Shown piece after piece: positions 26,654-40,736 of a stretch of DNA of 64,000 nt. Under the pieces are notes generated by a model. The model searched no databases. It saw only the letters and a program-made list of their open reading frames with translations, and was not told the DNA's origin. Position 1 is the first letter of the stretch; the number at the start of each line of letters is the position of its first letter. This DNA is from Botryllus schlosseri (Eukaryota). The position numbers were made by a program, and so were the translations under genes. Location of the stretch: the NCBI GenBank assembly GCA_051294905.1, contig CM119373.1, positions 2,606,001 to 2,670,000 on the forward strand, read 5' to 3'.

Positions 26654-27808
26654 CAGGGGCGGGCAACATACGGCCCGCGGACAGTTTCCCTTCCTATATG
26701 AAAATGTGGCCCGCGGGCCCAGTCTGCCAAGATTCCCCACTGCTTGCTTACTGTTAGTGATTGCATGTTATTTTATACGTATGTTCGGAGCGTGCGAGAG
26801 TGGGCTTACGCAGTGGTGACTTTTGGGGTGGGTGAGGTGGACGGTCGTCCGATGCCTCCTCGTCGAAGGGCTCCCTATTTGGTCTATGCGCCTTTTCCAA
26901 GGATTTTAGGGAATAGACGTGTAAATCCGTATACCAATCAAGAAGATGATTCCGTACAGATGGGTCGATCATCATCAAATCTCCGTATTTGTTAGAAAAG
27001 TGCCATATCCCGAAAATCATCACGTCCCTGCATACGGTAGGGTTACTTAATTTTGAAGTAGTCTATCCTTACACACCTGTAATAAATAGATATGGCCTAA
27101 TCTAGCGCCTGGCTCAAGCCTTGACAGGGCTTATTACTAATGTCAGCCGATAGCTGTCCAGTTTACTGTGGTCTATTTAGCCTGCAGCAGTTGTATCGCT
27201 ATTCTATTATTTTAACGCTACATGTCATCTTCAACATGAGGACACTAGCTATAGTTAACCGGCCTGCCTCAAAGCCAAAAGGAGGGGTCTTGGGGCTTAG
27301 CCCCTAGAAGTTTCGATTACACGCTCATAGGGGGGCCCCGGGAAGTCTCGCCCCCCCCCCCCCCCATCAGTGGTAGGGCCACCACTGGGCTTACTCGTAA
27401 GTTCGTCGAAGCGTGAAGACTCGTATTATCGGTATTTACGATGTCTTCAACTCTAATGAATTGATGTCTTGGTGCGTTTGGGGTACCGTGCTTATCGAAC
27501 GCCTTGAAATCCTAATTAAGGATTGCACCGCGTTTTAATTGATCAGAGAGAAGCGTACATGGCGGCGCCTGTATGACAATGCTGTTCTCGAATCCACATT
27601 GTCGTCTTCATTATCGGCGAGAAATGGATTTGAAGTGACATTGCTGTCGTTAAAATACATTTATTAAATACGATTTAGTCCTTGTATCTGTGGATAAATG
27701 GGGGGTAAATGGGCAAATAATGTATCGATTCAGCAATCCGGCCCGCCAAGTAGGCCTACTTCATTTTCCGATATCCGGCCCGCAGACTGGAGAAGTTGCC
27801 CGCCCCTG
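26654..27808. mobile_element. hAT MITE family C
   Basis: TIR CAGGGGCGGGCAAC/GTTGCCCGCCCCTG, flanking duplication ATATTGG (7 bp visible). Homologous to 8889-9714. Confidence 0.88.
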
Positions 27809-27818
27809 ATATTGGTAT

Positions 27819-30269
27819 CAGACATGGGGTGATTACTTCACGAATGTAATCGATTGCGATTACGATTACTTGTGAATCCCGCAATTACGATTACGATTAC
27901 GATTACAGCCAAATTAGGAAGTAGTCGATTACGATTGCGATTACTTTTCAAAAGTAATCACGATTACTCACGATTACATTTGTTTTGCTTCTTAGAACTA
28001 ATTTCAGGAGAGATATTGGAAGATAATATACATAAGGCTTGCGATGAAAAGGTCTAATGAGATAACAACTTTCTTTATAAATCATACGTCATGTGCTTGT
28101 TACGTCATAATGCACCCATTGCCCACCTCTATGCAGGACTATTCGTTGCAACCAACGATTTGCACTCTTGCCAGGTCCGTAACTGCCACATCTCAAACTC
28201 CCGAATAGGACCGGGAGCGAGCTCTAAGGGGACTCAAAAGTATTTCGTAAATCAACATATTTTCAATAGAGTTAATTAACTTGAAAATTTTCTTCGAGCT
28301 TCGGGATTTATTGTCTCTAAATAGCTTGATTTTGAAATGCATACCTCTCCCCCTCAAAAAAAAAGCATGCATAATTTATAGGAATAGGCATTTCGGTGGA
28401 GGTCATTACCCCGCCACGACACACCAAAAGACGTATGCAATTTCGGCCAACATGCAACTCCACAAAGTGTGCTACCAAAGAATGACCTTGGCCAAAACGT
28501 TGGGTATGTGCCCATTGTCAGTAGCCGCGCTCTGTGGGCGTGACGAATAGTCCGGCCCTTCCAATCTGAGCCCCAACAATGCAAATGCCACCAGGGGCAC
28601 TCACAGAGGAATGAAGACATGACAATTTGTGTATGCGTCTCATGAAAGTTTTTCTTTTAGTCTGCTACGTTTGGGCGACTACAGTATCTTTTGATTATAT
28701 AAGAGACGGGAGGTCACGAATTAACAACATACAATAATGAAATTGTAACAACATACCAGATGCTATAATTATGAATTACTTGTCCCCAGCTCTACCGGTA
28801 AATCTGAATGAATAGCAATATAATGCAATTACCAATATTATTGACGAAATTCAGTCATCAACTTGAAAACTGACCACCCTAAGGGGCCCCAATAAACAGG
28901 GTTGTAATGATTCAAGTCATGACTCGACTCGAGTCGCGATTGTTTGGTGACTAGACTTGACTCGAGTCATTTTTTGAATTGACTCGACTTGTACTCGAGA
29001 CATTTTGCATGACTCAAACCAAGTCATATGACTCGAGACTAGAACGGCCGAGACAGACATTCCATGTAACTTCGCAGAATAGTAAAGTTACCACATTATT
29101 TGTATTTCGTGTATCAGTCCTTGGAAATGGGGCCGTAAACTGTGAAAACTGATGAGAATTACTATATTATGAATACAAGCCATTCTATATCACTCGAGTA
29201 GCGTTGAAAAAAGTGGGTTGAACCAGATTGATCAGAAAACTGATCTGTGAACATAACGACTTAGACTCGTACTCGAGTCAAAAAATATGACTCGGACTCG
29301 ACCCTATACTAGCTGACTTGGACTCGGACTTGACTCGGGGGTGGATTGAAAATGAATCGACTGGACTCGAGTCAAAACTATAAAAGTGAGATTGACTTGT
29401 GACTCGGAACATTGTAACTGGGTTACAACCTTACCAATAACAACGCTTGGAGTGGGGAACGAATTGCTGTTTTGGCCCTGATTGTACCTACAACTCACGC
29501 TAACATGGTGTACAAGCGGATGGCTATGGCGACAGGTATAAATGTCGAGTGAAGAATTGTGAAATATCGTAGTAGTCATATGAGAATAAGATAAAGTGTA
29601 CTTAAAATTCTACCTTTCACTTAATACAGATACTGCAAGCTGCCGTTATGCAGTTACGAGAAACGGCAAAGAACGGCTCGGTTATGATATATAAACGAAG
29701 CTGTTGATTTAAACCATCGTAATGTTTTATTTGACGAGTACAAAACTTAAAATCTTTGTCCGGTGTGCGTACAATACATACGTATACTACATAGATAGGC
29801 CTACTGCTCGCCAAGCAGCAACGGTCAAACTGCGTTTAAGTATAAGCATAACCAAACATCAATACATAAGCTACTATTTGAAACTAGGCAGAGTGGTGAT
29901 TATTATCTTGCTGCGAGGTCGTGGCGTCTGGAGTGTATTGATAACCTGATATACAGCATGGCTTACACTGTTCTAACAATCACACAACAATGTACATCGA
30001 AGGACGAGCAAAGCTAATACTTCTGACGTAATAATGAGCAGTGGCGTTTGAAAATCAACCGCCTGCGTTATCAATAACCTGGTATAATATCTCTTCCTTG
30101 TTCACGAATGTTCGGTTATGTCATATTCATTGTACAAATAACAAGTAATCGTTCTTTCACAAAGAAATCGATTAGATATGTGAAGTAGTCGATTACGATT
30201 ATGATTACTTGAAAATGCTGTAATCGTCGTAATCGATTACAATTACTAATCTCGATTATCCCATGTCTG
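27819..30269. mobile_element. hAT non-autonomous element with GATTAC subterminal repeats
   Basis: TIR CAGACATGGG/CCCATGTCTG, perfect TSD ATTGGTAT, (CGATTA)n arrays at both ends. Confidence 0.9.
28897..29433. mobile_element. hAT MITE family A nested in 27819-30269
   Basis: CAGGGTTGTAA...TTACAACCTTA, TSD CCAATAAA/CCAATAAC. Confidence 0.88.
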
Positions 30270-31378
30270 ATTGGTATTGGATTTTTGTCAAATTAATCCA
30301 TTTCTTTGTTATGATGTTTCGCTTCGTTATCCATCTCCCCGTTATGTTCTTACGTTTCATCGAATAATAAGATAATTACAATGTCGCTGGGCGATTGGAT
30401 TGTGCATTTACAGTTGTATTCTTTTGCATGGTGAATTATGCATGATGATACACAGTTTTAGGTAAGTTTGAGCATTTCCAAGGCAGTGTGCAACATGAAA
30501 ATGGTGTCCTGGACTCGGAAAAATATCTAGAGTGAGGTTTTCCATCACCCCAAACCACAACTGCTGCTTAAAACCTGACATATATGGCATTTTAGTATGC
30601 TAAGTAAAGTCGAAGCACTCAAATTATAGGGGAATCCACCATTTTCAGCCGATATTCTTCCAGCTCAACTTGCACACAGATGCAAAGGCTGAGTTACAGA
30701 AAAAAGTAGCTAGAAGATGTTTTCAAGGCATAAGGCATTGGAAACGGACTGAAAACCATGAATTTTTGAAAGTCGGTCGAATCTGAACAACGCTAATGTA
30801 TAGCCTACTAATGAGTCCGAGAGATCTTTCACCTTCACATTTCAGGATTTATAGACCTTGGTAATATGTTTGGGAAAATTTAATTTTTGTGTTGGAAGGG
30901 TAGAGGGCTCCTTTCTCTCCCTTTGCTACGCTACTGTGTAGCGATTATGCAATTCAATTCAAGTTACTCCTAAAAAATTTATCACTTCAATACACCACAA
31001 GACTGAGATACAATGTGTGGTGTCGAAACGACTTGGAGTAAACTTCAAAATCAGACACCCACTAGACATGCTACCTGAAAAGTAAGGATTAGTCGCATTC
31101 AGTTTCTGAGTTTTCCGGCGTAGGCTTGTGTCTATCTGAGATATTTTGTTTGGTGTTGTATGTCGTCGGCATGAATTGGATTGCAGCACTGTAGCGCATG
31201 TACTGCGACAAGCCTATGATTACTGTTTTGAAAGGGATTCTCAAATTATTTTCAACACCTATGCCTCCTTTATACTATAGAGACATACAGTATTTGTGAA
31301 TGTGACTTTGGGTGGTGCATAACGCAACGTCAGCAAACTTAGTGATTCTGTCCAATAATTCAATTGCATACGTTAGAC

Positions 31379-33050
31379 CAGTGGTTCTTAACTGGTGGTC
31401 CACAGACCACCAGGGGTTTGGTGAGCCAGTCTTAGGCAATGTTCCCTCTAATTTTCAAACGAGTCTCCGCGGTCTCATTAACTCACTGCGCGGTCCTTCA
31501 AACAAGAGTGCGTAGACACAGCTAGACACCCGATTTACCCGCAATTTTCTCAGTAATGTGTGGTGTTGACTATGAAAAAGGTCATCACTCCGGCACGACT
31601 CAGGACTTATCCTCGTTTTCACGATAATTTCTGGTGCTGACTAAAAAGGTCGTCACTCTGACTCGACTCCCGATTTCCCGGAATTTTGCGAAACTCTGAC
31701 GTTTGCTGCGACATATTCGAGTGTTTTGAACGGGTTTTATTACATTTTCTACAAAACGTTGTCGTGTCGGTTCGTCTGATAATTATTTTCGAAGCACAGG
31801 TGGATTTTCTTGTGTGCGGCACTAATTTTTCTGTGTGCGCACTATGGCGGAGCGGATCGAGAAATTATCTGGTCCTACTCCGATCCTGTTTTTTAAATAT
31901 CTGGTCCGACTCCGGTCCAACTCCTAGGCCAGATTCTATAAATGACCGTTATCTCGTCTGAAAAACGTCGACAACAATGATCAACAAAATGAAATGTTTT
32001 TTGGCAGAACATCAGAGAGCCGTTTCTGGGGTTTTCGAGGTTGTTGATTACGAATATAAGATTAGTTTTGCCAGATTGGCTCTTGTTCGGAAAATACTTA
32101 TACCCCTGAAAAAAGCCCCAAATTACTGTATTTACCCTTGAATATTCCACTTGCTCGGAAGAAAATCGTAGCTAATTTTATACTGCGCATAAATAGATAA
32201 TTAACTATAAAGAGCCCTGATGTAGTTCTCAGTCATTATGTCAATATTAACGTGACCTGATGCGAAATATTGGTTGTACTTTTGCACAATCACACGTTAT
32301 CAGTGTGACGTCACATTGACATACATTGTGTCCATACCTCATTGTATACCCCGCTAGTCGGCGCTAAAGAGTGTCCGGAATTTGAGACACAAAAAATGGT
32401 AACCCGATACTATGTCCTGTCTAAAATCAAGAAGCAAGGTCACTTCCTGACTACGTCCCACTCCCCAGATATCGAACGAATTTGAAAATCAACATAAAAT
32501 ATAGTTATTATCGTACCACACTCATTTGTCGCGTAGGTCTTCACTCTGCTGTTGACTCTATGCTTGAAACCCTGAAAACGGCTGAATATTGGTCGGCAGT
32601 ATAAACTTACGTTAGGTAGAATTATTTTTCAATTAAGCGCAATGACAAAATCAATACATGTCGTAAATTAACAAGATTGTGATAGGTACTGGTTAGGGGT
32701 GGGCAATGGACATATGTCTAATGGATTGAAAAAAGCAATCTTTACCCCCACAGTTAAGAAAAATTTAGTTAAACTGAACAAAAGGAAGGAACTATAAATT
32801 GCGATTTGGGTTTTACCAGCAGTATAAAGAAGAAGTTATTACGTTCTTATAAAATATCAAACCCAATATAATGATGAGGATGATGACATATACAACAGCT
32901 TCATATGTCTTATTGTTCATTGTAATATATGCAGAATAACTTTTTATTTATGGTTTAGGTGTGTTGCGGGGGGGGGGGGGGGTGTCGGGGACGCTGGTAC
33001 TTCATTCGTTGTCCAGAGGAGCGGTAGCTCAAAAAATTTGGGAAAAACTG
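31379..33050. mobile_element. Old Charlie-like hAT element with internal fragments
   Basis: CAGTGGTTCTTAAC...TTTGGGAAAAACTG ends. TSD poorly preserved. Confidence 0.5.
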
Positions 33051-33398
33051 CTATAGAACGTAGAATGGATGGTAAAAAGAACCTCCCGACATGCTAGCTT
33101 CCCTGCCCTGACCTATTTACGCACACCCTATCATGACTGAGAACACAACAACACATTCACGATATAAGCCACTACAGATTACCTGGATTATCACAAGATT
33201 ATGTTGGTTTTATAAAATTCAGCCCATTCAAAACAAAGCATTGAAACACAAAATTAGGGGGATAATGTCACTGCGGTGAGTAACTGCAATTATATTCGAG
33301 TGTAGAGGCTGAAAGTACACAAAATATATCAATGACTATTACAAAAATGCAACTTCCAATGAAAATTTAGATACATATTTGAAAGGGTACATTAATGC

Positions 33399-34675
33399 CA
33401 GAGGTGATCAGGAACGAAGTACTTCTACTTTTTTGAAGTACTCAACCAGTTTTGCTCTACTTCCGGTACTTACTGAAGTAGATCTTGTTTTCGCTACTTC
33501 TACTGCGTAATATTTTGTGAATTAGCCTACTTACTTACTTTGCGCTATTTTCAGTTCGTCAAGTAGAAGTAGTTTAATCCCCTATAAGAAAGATAGCCAA
33601 AGGAATGTCGGGGCTGTTTTCACGTAGTAACAACATTTAATTTTCATAAAAGTCATGTAATACCCAGAATTTTCCTTTCGCTTCGCGCACAGTAGATATG
33701 GAGTGGCAAATATGTTTTACCGAAAGTATCGCTGAATATAATTTAGATACCGGGTTGCGTGGTTCCGTTCACACCGCATTGTCGCCTGTACCAAATATTT
33801 CATCACAGAAGGTATGGCCCTCATAACGTTTGAAATTATACTGTTTCGCAATCTAGCAATTACCCATTATACCTAGCAGCCCATGACGTGTCCTAATCCG
33901 GAAAAGTGGATTTTGACTTTTTTCAACGTTAGAGCTGTTTTAGCAGACCACCGTTGAAACTTTCTGGACAAAAGATATCAAATATATTTTCGGCTTTTTA
34001 GAAGTAGTATTTGTGTTTTTCTTTCAATTACGAGTATTGTACGTTGAGTTCTAATTATAGTTTCAGTTCTTATGTTTAGAGAACACACATGTTGAAGTAT
34101 CAAAGCAAGTGTAGTAAAGCCTTATATTTTCCGAAAATGAAGCTATACACTATATGTCATTTGTACGGTCTGCCATATTTTTAATTACCGTATACTAATC
34201 GCGCAATGTGTTAAAGCCGTATCCGACACAACTTCTCCGTATTGGTCTTCTACTGAACTAGGGACCTAATAATATGGGGGCGGGCGTCATGCCATGATAT
34301 TCTCTAGATGGGGTGTTCGAGTAAATAAAGGATTAGTATCGCATTTCCATATCAATACTATCATTTACATGCCATGATCTGGACGGATGCTCAGTCTGTC
34401 AAAAATTGACACCTCCTGGGATGCATCAATATGAATCAAGATCTCTGCACCTTCCGCATAGCTCCATTTGCAGCTTTTTACAGTCCATGCGAACGAATTA
34501 CAAACGTTTTCACAACTACTTACTTACTGGAGTAGATTCATAGTCAGTCAATTCTACTTCAAGCAGTTTTAGGTTGCTTATGTAAGAAGTACTTCTATTC
34601 GTACTTGAGTAGATTCTGTCGTCGCTACTTCTTATTCTACTTGAGTAGCTTTCTTGGCTACTTTGACCTTCTCTG
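33399..34675. mobile_element. hAT MITE family B, full length
   Basis: CAGAGGTGATCA...TGACCTTCTCTG, perfect TSD ATTAATGC. Colinear with 23836-25117. Confidence 0.92.
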
Positions 34676-35894
34676 ATTAATGCCTATTCAATAGCTCAAA
34701 CTGCAAGCACTTGATTTTCTTGGAATTGTTATGCAAATGAATTTTAAAAGTATAAAAGTAACTCTTGATACAAGCGGATTGCCTGTATTTAGTGACAGGA
34801 AGGGTCATGCTTTTAGTATACCGTCTGTTGCAAAGTTGTTTGGTTGGAGAGGCACTTAGCCTGGGAAGTGCCATGCAGAGCAATATTTGGTACGAAACAT
34901 TGAAGATGATTGTATGACACAGTAGCACAAACAGACTGTTAGAATTGGCCGTCTTAGAAGAAGCAAGATAACCAGCAAACAATGAAATGAGGACTACAAA
35001 TATAATCGAATAGAATTATCACTGCAATGGGTTACTAAAGTTGGATTCAAATAGAAGAGTACATAAAGATATCAGTGGGCAAAATATAATCAGCAATGAA
35101 AAAATATATACATATTTGTACAGCACATTTAAATATGCCTATTTAATTGATTCAACATATCAAAATTGCATTCCTGTGTAGGAGTTCATGAAATATAGCG
35201 CTGAAGATAGCAAAAATATATCTTTAGCCTTCAATTGAAAATTGATGCATATGCGGTAAAGCACATCAAAATATCAAAATATCAAAATAATTTGACGGAT
35301 GGTCACCACGTCAATTTAGTGACAAAGTTTCAAGTGTGAGTATACTGCTTATTCCACAATTTCTTGGGCTGGAGAGAGCTCAACCAGCTTGCCTTTCAGG
35401 CGTTTGACCGAGCAATATTGGGTATTAGGAGAAAAACGTTGGGGTTGCTTCTGCGGCTTCTTGGACAAAGTAACGAAAAATAAATCATTAGAAATGACAG
35501 TGTAATGAACCACACGACTCGTGTGACATGAGTCGTCCCTTATATGTCAGATTTTTATTGATTGTTTCGACCGATGGATCTTCGCAAACCGCAAAAACAG
35601 TCACTGACAAACAAATCCAAACCCCAGCTTCATCATCTTGAATCCAATACACTCTTGTTAGCACTATTGGCAATTGCCTGGTTTTCAAGGGCAAGATGTG
35701 TGGTGTGATTATATTTCCAATTGTCAACAGCCTGAAAAAGTGAAAAACAATGATGCAAAAGATATGACTATTTACAATTTAAAACTACAACATCGAAATT
35801 AATGCAGACGGAGCTCATGAATCAGTAAAAGTGTGATAAATAAAAGAATGATTATATTTCAACTACAAATACAAACTTCAACTCATATAGTGGG

Positions 35895-36411
35895 TAGGGC
35901 TGGGCAAAATCGAGTATCTGAGTGATTCGATTCTGAATCACATAACATGCTTCGTGTCGAGTCGAGTAATCGAGTATCACTCATTATGACGTCATAGCAG
36001 AATGCAATACGCCGAAGTTCAAATATGTACCGTTTATGCCACCGCAAAGAATATAATGTCTGTTATCCATCACATAAAAGATACTTTGGTATTTATTCGA
36101 CCATAACGATTTCATTCCACTTGATGACAATGGTGTGGGATAATCATGACTTCGGAAATGTGCTACGTCCAGTAACCTTCGTAGCTTTGTACTCTACGTC
36201 TCGTTTGCTACGATACCTCCAATCAAGGTTTGATGGTTTCAACAGTGAAAATTAGTATCGTAACTATAATTCTTGTTGATAAATTAACTTTCAGCGGCGA
36301 GGAGCGTATAATTTCAGTACTCGAAAAAATCGTATTTTAGTACTCGACTCGAATCATGAAAATTAATACTCGATTCAGATTCGGGTACTCGAATCATTGT
36401 GCCCAGTCCTA
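35895..36411. mobile_element. hAT MITE (TCGAGT-rich)
   Basis: TIR TAGGGCTGGGCA/TGCCCAGTCCTA, perfect TSD ATAGTGGG. Confidence 0.9.
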
Positions 36412-36720
36412 ATAGTGGGTATTACATACACCGCAAATCATTTACGTTGGCCGAGTCACAATGGATGAATTATGAAACATAATTTGCCTGAAATATACAT
36501 TACCTTGAGAGATTGTCAAAAGTTACAAAACTGCCAAGTAAGCCGTACCAATTTTAAACAAAATCCATGAAAACTACAACTAGTGCTTGGCTTCTTCACG
36601 ATACTGCATTGGACTTCCTAATAATCCTGTCGTTCTAGGAATCATATCGTTCGCATGAATATTATTCAGATTGCTTAGTTTGTCTATTATCTTGCTGCGA
36701 TAGCGGTATCGTATATACAG

Positions 36721-37121
36721 CAGAGGTGAGCATGGATTAGGATTTGCAAAAACCAGATTTGTGAAATTTTGTCAGATTTGGATTGGATTAGGATTTGAGA
36801 TTTTTTTGTAATGGATTCGGATTAGGATTGGAATAACCGATTTTCGGGGAGATTGATGTCCTGAGGCGAATAGCAAAGAGGTTTTATGTCCTACCAAAAT
36901 TACTTCATGTACTTTGGCACTCCTTATACGTTTTATTTCTTTTTACATAATTATAGGCATAAGATGTGAGCTTTTTACGAGGAATTCCAAGTTTATATCG
37001 GATTAGGATCAGGATTAGGATTAGAATATACAAAATGTCTGGATTAGGACTAGGATTAGGATTTGAAGCTTCGGATTCGGCTTGGATTAGGACATAGGAA
37101 TTTCAAATTCGTTCATCTCTG
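36721..37121. mobile_element. hAT MITE (GGATTA-rich)
   Basis: TIR CAGAGGTGAGC/GTTCATCTCTG, perfect TSD ATATACAG. Confidence 0.9.
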
Positions 37122-37724
37122 ATATACAGGGGTTCTCAAATACTTCTGCTCATGAAACCCCAAAAATCTGCTTTGAGGTCTTGCAATGCAACCCAATAAA
37201 TTTCTATCATGACATACCAAGTTGGCAATAACAACAGGTGAACACTGAACATTAATCGTAATTTCATGGCATTCATTTTAACATTCTTACATTCTCTTGA
37301 CTACTGTATTCTTACAAAAATAATTTCCATTTTTGATAGTATACTGATTAGATTTTGCTCGAATGCCTGAACTCAAATTCTACGTTATACTAGGCTACCC
37401 CTACGTTGTCAGGTTGGAATGTCCAATTAAATTTTCTCCCATGAAGGCTGCACTCATGAATGGAAATGTCTATACGTCTGGTACAGGACGGATAATTTCT
37501 CTGACTATCGTCCGGCACTGCCATATAAATATTAGTACGGTATCCATGAGTAAGATAACCATATACAGGTATCAGATACCATTTCTAACGACAAATAAGT
37601 TGGCTCTGACAACAAACTTACTCTACGTTTGATTTCTTACTCCACAGATCAGTAACCACAAACCAGGGATGCGAATGAATAACAGTAAATCGAGGTCAAA
37701 AGCGTCACATTGCCACCAACACAT

Positions 37725-38673
37725 AGTAGGGGAGATGTGGTACCGATGGATCACTGGGACCGAAATGATAATTCCATGATAATTCCATGATTACATTCCG
37801 TGAATTTGTCTTGAATTACATGCTGACAGAACATGCAAAAAAATCGACCTGCGTGAGTTATGGGGTCTGTGACGAATGATTTACGTTTTAGGGGGTGTAA
37901 AGTAATTTGGATCGACATTTGCATTTTCCTATATCACCTTTCAGACTAACATACCCGCCATAATTTTTGATGTGAAGTATAGGGCATGTATCAGGGTATA
38001 TAATGGCACATATTTTTTGAATCAATACCATCCTCGATTGGACTATTTTCAAGTCAATTACAATATTTATGGGGTGGGGACCTATGGTACTAAAGCCAAA
38101 TCAAGCAAAATAGATAGACCTACTAATCACTTAACAACAGAAACTCGCCTACATATATATAGGCTGTAAATCATGGTTACCTGTGGTGTTTTATCGCTAT
38201 TACGAGGTATTTGAAAGTCAAAATGTCGATTTGCGGGTAATATGTATGTGGCATTACTTTCGTAAGCTTAGGCGTAAATCAAAACATGATTTTATGCCAA
38301 CATTTCAGTTGATATAATCTATTTTATTCTTGAAGGTCGCGACGAAACATTCTTCATTGGCTTGCTGTAGCTTAGCTTATAGTACACAACAAAACAAGTT
38401 AACAAATTTGAGTTTTTGAGCGTATGTCTCATAGGTTCCATGGTCGTGTGCCTTTGGACTCACCGGGTGGGGACCGATGACACGTTCGAGCAACAAACTT
38501 TAAACGCCTATAAATATTTTTCGAACAGGCGGATATGCAAGTAAATGTCCGCGATAGGTGGAGCTTGAGTCGAAGTGTTGAGACAGCAAAAGATCTGCTA
38601 TTCTCGGCTGAAGATTTGAAGCCCAGAGATCATTTTGTAATTTTTGATCCATCGGTACCACATCTCCCCTACT
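37725..38673. mobile_element. MITE with perfect 29-bp TIR, superfamily unresolved
   Basis: AGTAGGGGAGATGTGGTACCGATGGATCA (37725-37753) is inverted at 38645-38673. Confidence 0.85.
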
Positions 38674-39911
38674 GGACGTTTAGATTAGAAATTGCTCATC
38701 TCGTAACATACAAATAGCTTCTTCTTCTATAAGTTGCGGAGTGCTATTTTGATGGATTGCGCATTCTCACCTTAGGCGGCGATGTAACAGTACTCCAGTG
38801 ATTCTACATATTATTTGGTTCTCAGGCCCAACATCTTTGAACGATGATCCGAAAATATCTCGGGATTTTGAATTGCAAGCACCATATTATTTATATGAAT
38901 GACTTATCACGACTTCACTGGTTCTCGACAACTTTTATCGAAAGATGGATGGATATTTATATTACATTTATAAAAACAATCGAACAGTTAGTACCGTATT
39001 TCAGGATCCCTAGGACAGAACTGTAACAAAACATGTCATTTTCGCTAAAATGTGGATATCCGACCACATAGTTTTGAGCCTATTAAAATGAATTTTGTGC
39101 ACATGACATGACTATCCCTACAAAGCATGAAAATATAGTCTCAAGCTACTGAAGTCTCACAAAACTACGTAATGCTGATTTAGCAAATAATTCGAAGAGA
39201 CCGCATTAGTCTCAACATCCCTATTTGGGGTTCTGGGTATGAGGCAGTTGCAAGTCTTGCCTAAAAGTTCTTGCTTGACATCCACAGGTTATAAATGAAA
39301 CATTAGTACTTAGTTTGAGATTGAGTTTTAGATCATTATAATCAGGGGTGTAGTCAGCCGAAGAAAAACCGTGTGTTTTTTTTAAGGAGAATACTTAAAA
39401 AAAATTCTGTTCCGAGTTCTAACCATTTCATCAGGTTAATTATATGCACAAATGCAGATTTTACACTCGGTCAGAAAATCTTTCATGCTTTTGTGACTTC
39501 ATCATTCGCACGTATAAAACCAAGTTGTACGTAGAATTTAATTACAAAACCACAACATGTAAGCTAAGATAACAGCAAAAAGAGAGCCAGCAAAGTATCT
39601 TGACCCTAATTACCAAAGCGAGGTTGTCATCAAGTATGAGCGTGTAGATTATATTACTGTACAGAGGAGATATCTCCATTCAGCGCACAAATACGAACAG
39701 TGAGGACGTGCAAACGAATTATAGCATGTTGCTTATTGTATCGCTTGTTCAGTCTGTTTTGGACATGATCTGGATCTGGACAATCAGCCGATTCGCTAGA
39801 GGCCAGAGACACGAAAATACTAGAAATCTGGAAACCCACACAACAATCGAACTAAATCATCGCAAATTGGATCACTACATGATAGATTCAACACCAGACA
39901 TTTGATTAGTG

Positions 39912-40736
39912 CAGTGTTTCTTAACCTTTTTCATATCGTTACCCCCAAGAAGAAAATGACGGGATGCAATTACCCCTTTTCAGAAAAATGTCAAATATGA
40001 CGTCATAATGTACACTGACATCTACACTGTTAAGAATATCAAGTCCATGCCAATACTGATGCTGTTTTCGTGTTATCCAGTGGTTAAATCTAGACCAAGG
40101 GGAGGATAATAATAGACAGCATCTCTCATGTAATTGTCAATCGCAAACTCATTTTGTTTTGATATATATACCATTGCAGAAAATCCTACTTCACAGCAAT
40201 AAGTTGAAGGAAATTCAATCAGAAGGTTCAATGCCATTATGACAAAATGGTTATTGATTTTTGAAGGCGAACCCAAAATTTCCCGAAATCTTCTCCTCGT
40301 TTCTTCGAAGGCTTTTTGATGATTTCAGACTTAATTTTACCGACTAGACTAGACCACCACTACACTTTTCAATACTAAAAACTATATTTCTACGATATTG
40401 TTACTGCTAAACTTAGACGCCCTTGTTCTTTTTCAATTTGTCAGCATGCGCGACAATATTTGATCCGCACTACTGGAAAATAAATTGGACTTTACTAAAC
40501 TACATTCGGCCCTGTTATTCATAATCACTAATGGTTACTATAATATCACAGCAGGTATGGTGTGTAAAGTGAAACGAAATATATACAAGCTCGCAAAAAC
40601 ATATGTTAGCCTACATTCATTTTGACGTTTGAAAATACTTCAGTGAAGCGTTTATAAGTATAAAGATTTGAATTACCCCCCAGTAATTGGTAAATTACCC
40701 CTTTGGGGGTAATTACCCCCAGGTTAAGAACCACTG
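39912..40736 (-). mobile_element. Internally deleted Charlie/Buster-type hAT element with transposase C-terminal remnant
   Basis: TIR CAGTGTTTCTTAACC/GGTTAAGAACCACTG, TSD GATTAGTG/GAATAGTG. The minus-strand ALNLLIEFPSTYCCEVGFSAM matches the hAT dimerisation-domain motif FPSTYxCExGFS. Confidence 0.88.

Larger units (their letters stand above)
23476..30795. mobile_element. Old ~2.4-kb palindromic hAT-type foldback element expanded by nested insertions
   Basis: Ends TAGGGTTGTTCAGA/TCTGAACAACGCTA, perfect TSD ATGTATAG (23468-23475, 30796-30803). Arms 23476-23835 + 25126-25848 are inverted against 26084-26653 + 30278-30795. Confidence 0.88.

Noticed and set aside
35488..36640. Two-exon minus-strand coding gene
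   Set aside because: Splice-like sites exist, but the upstream block has stops in all three frames and no domain is recognisable.
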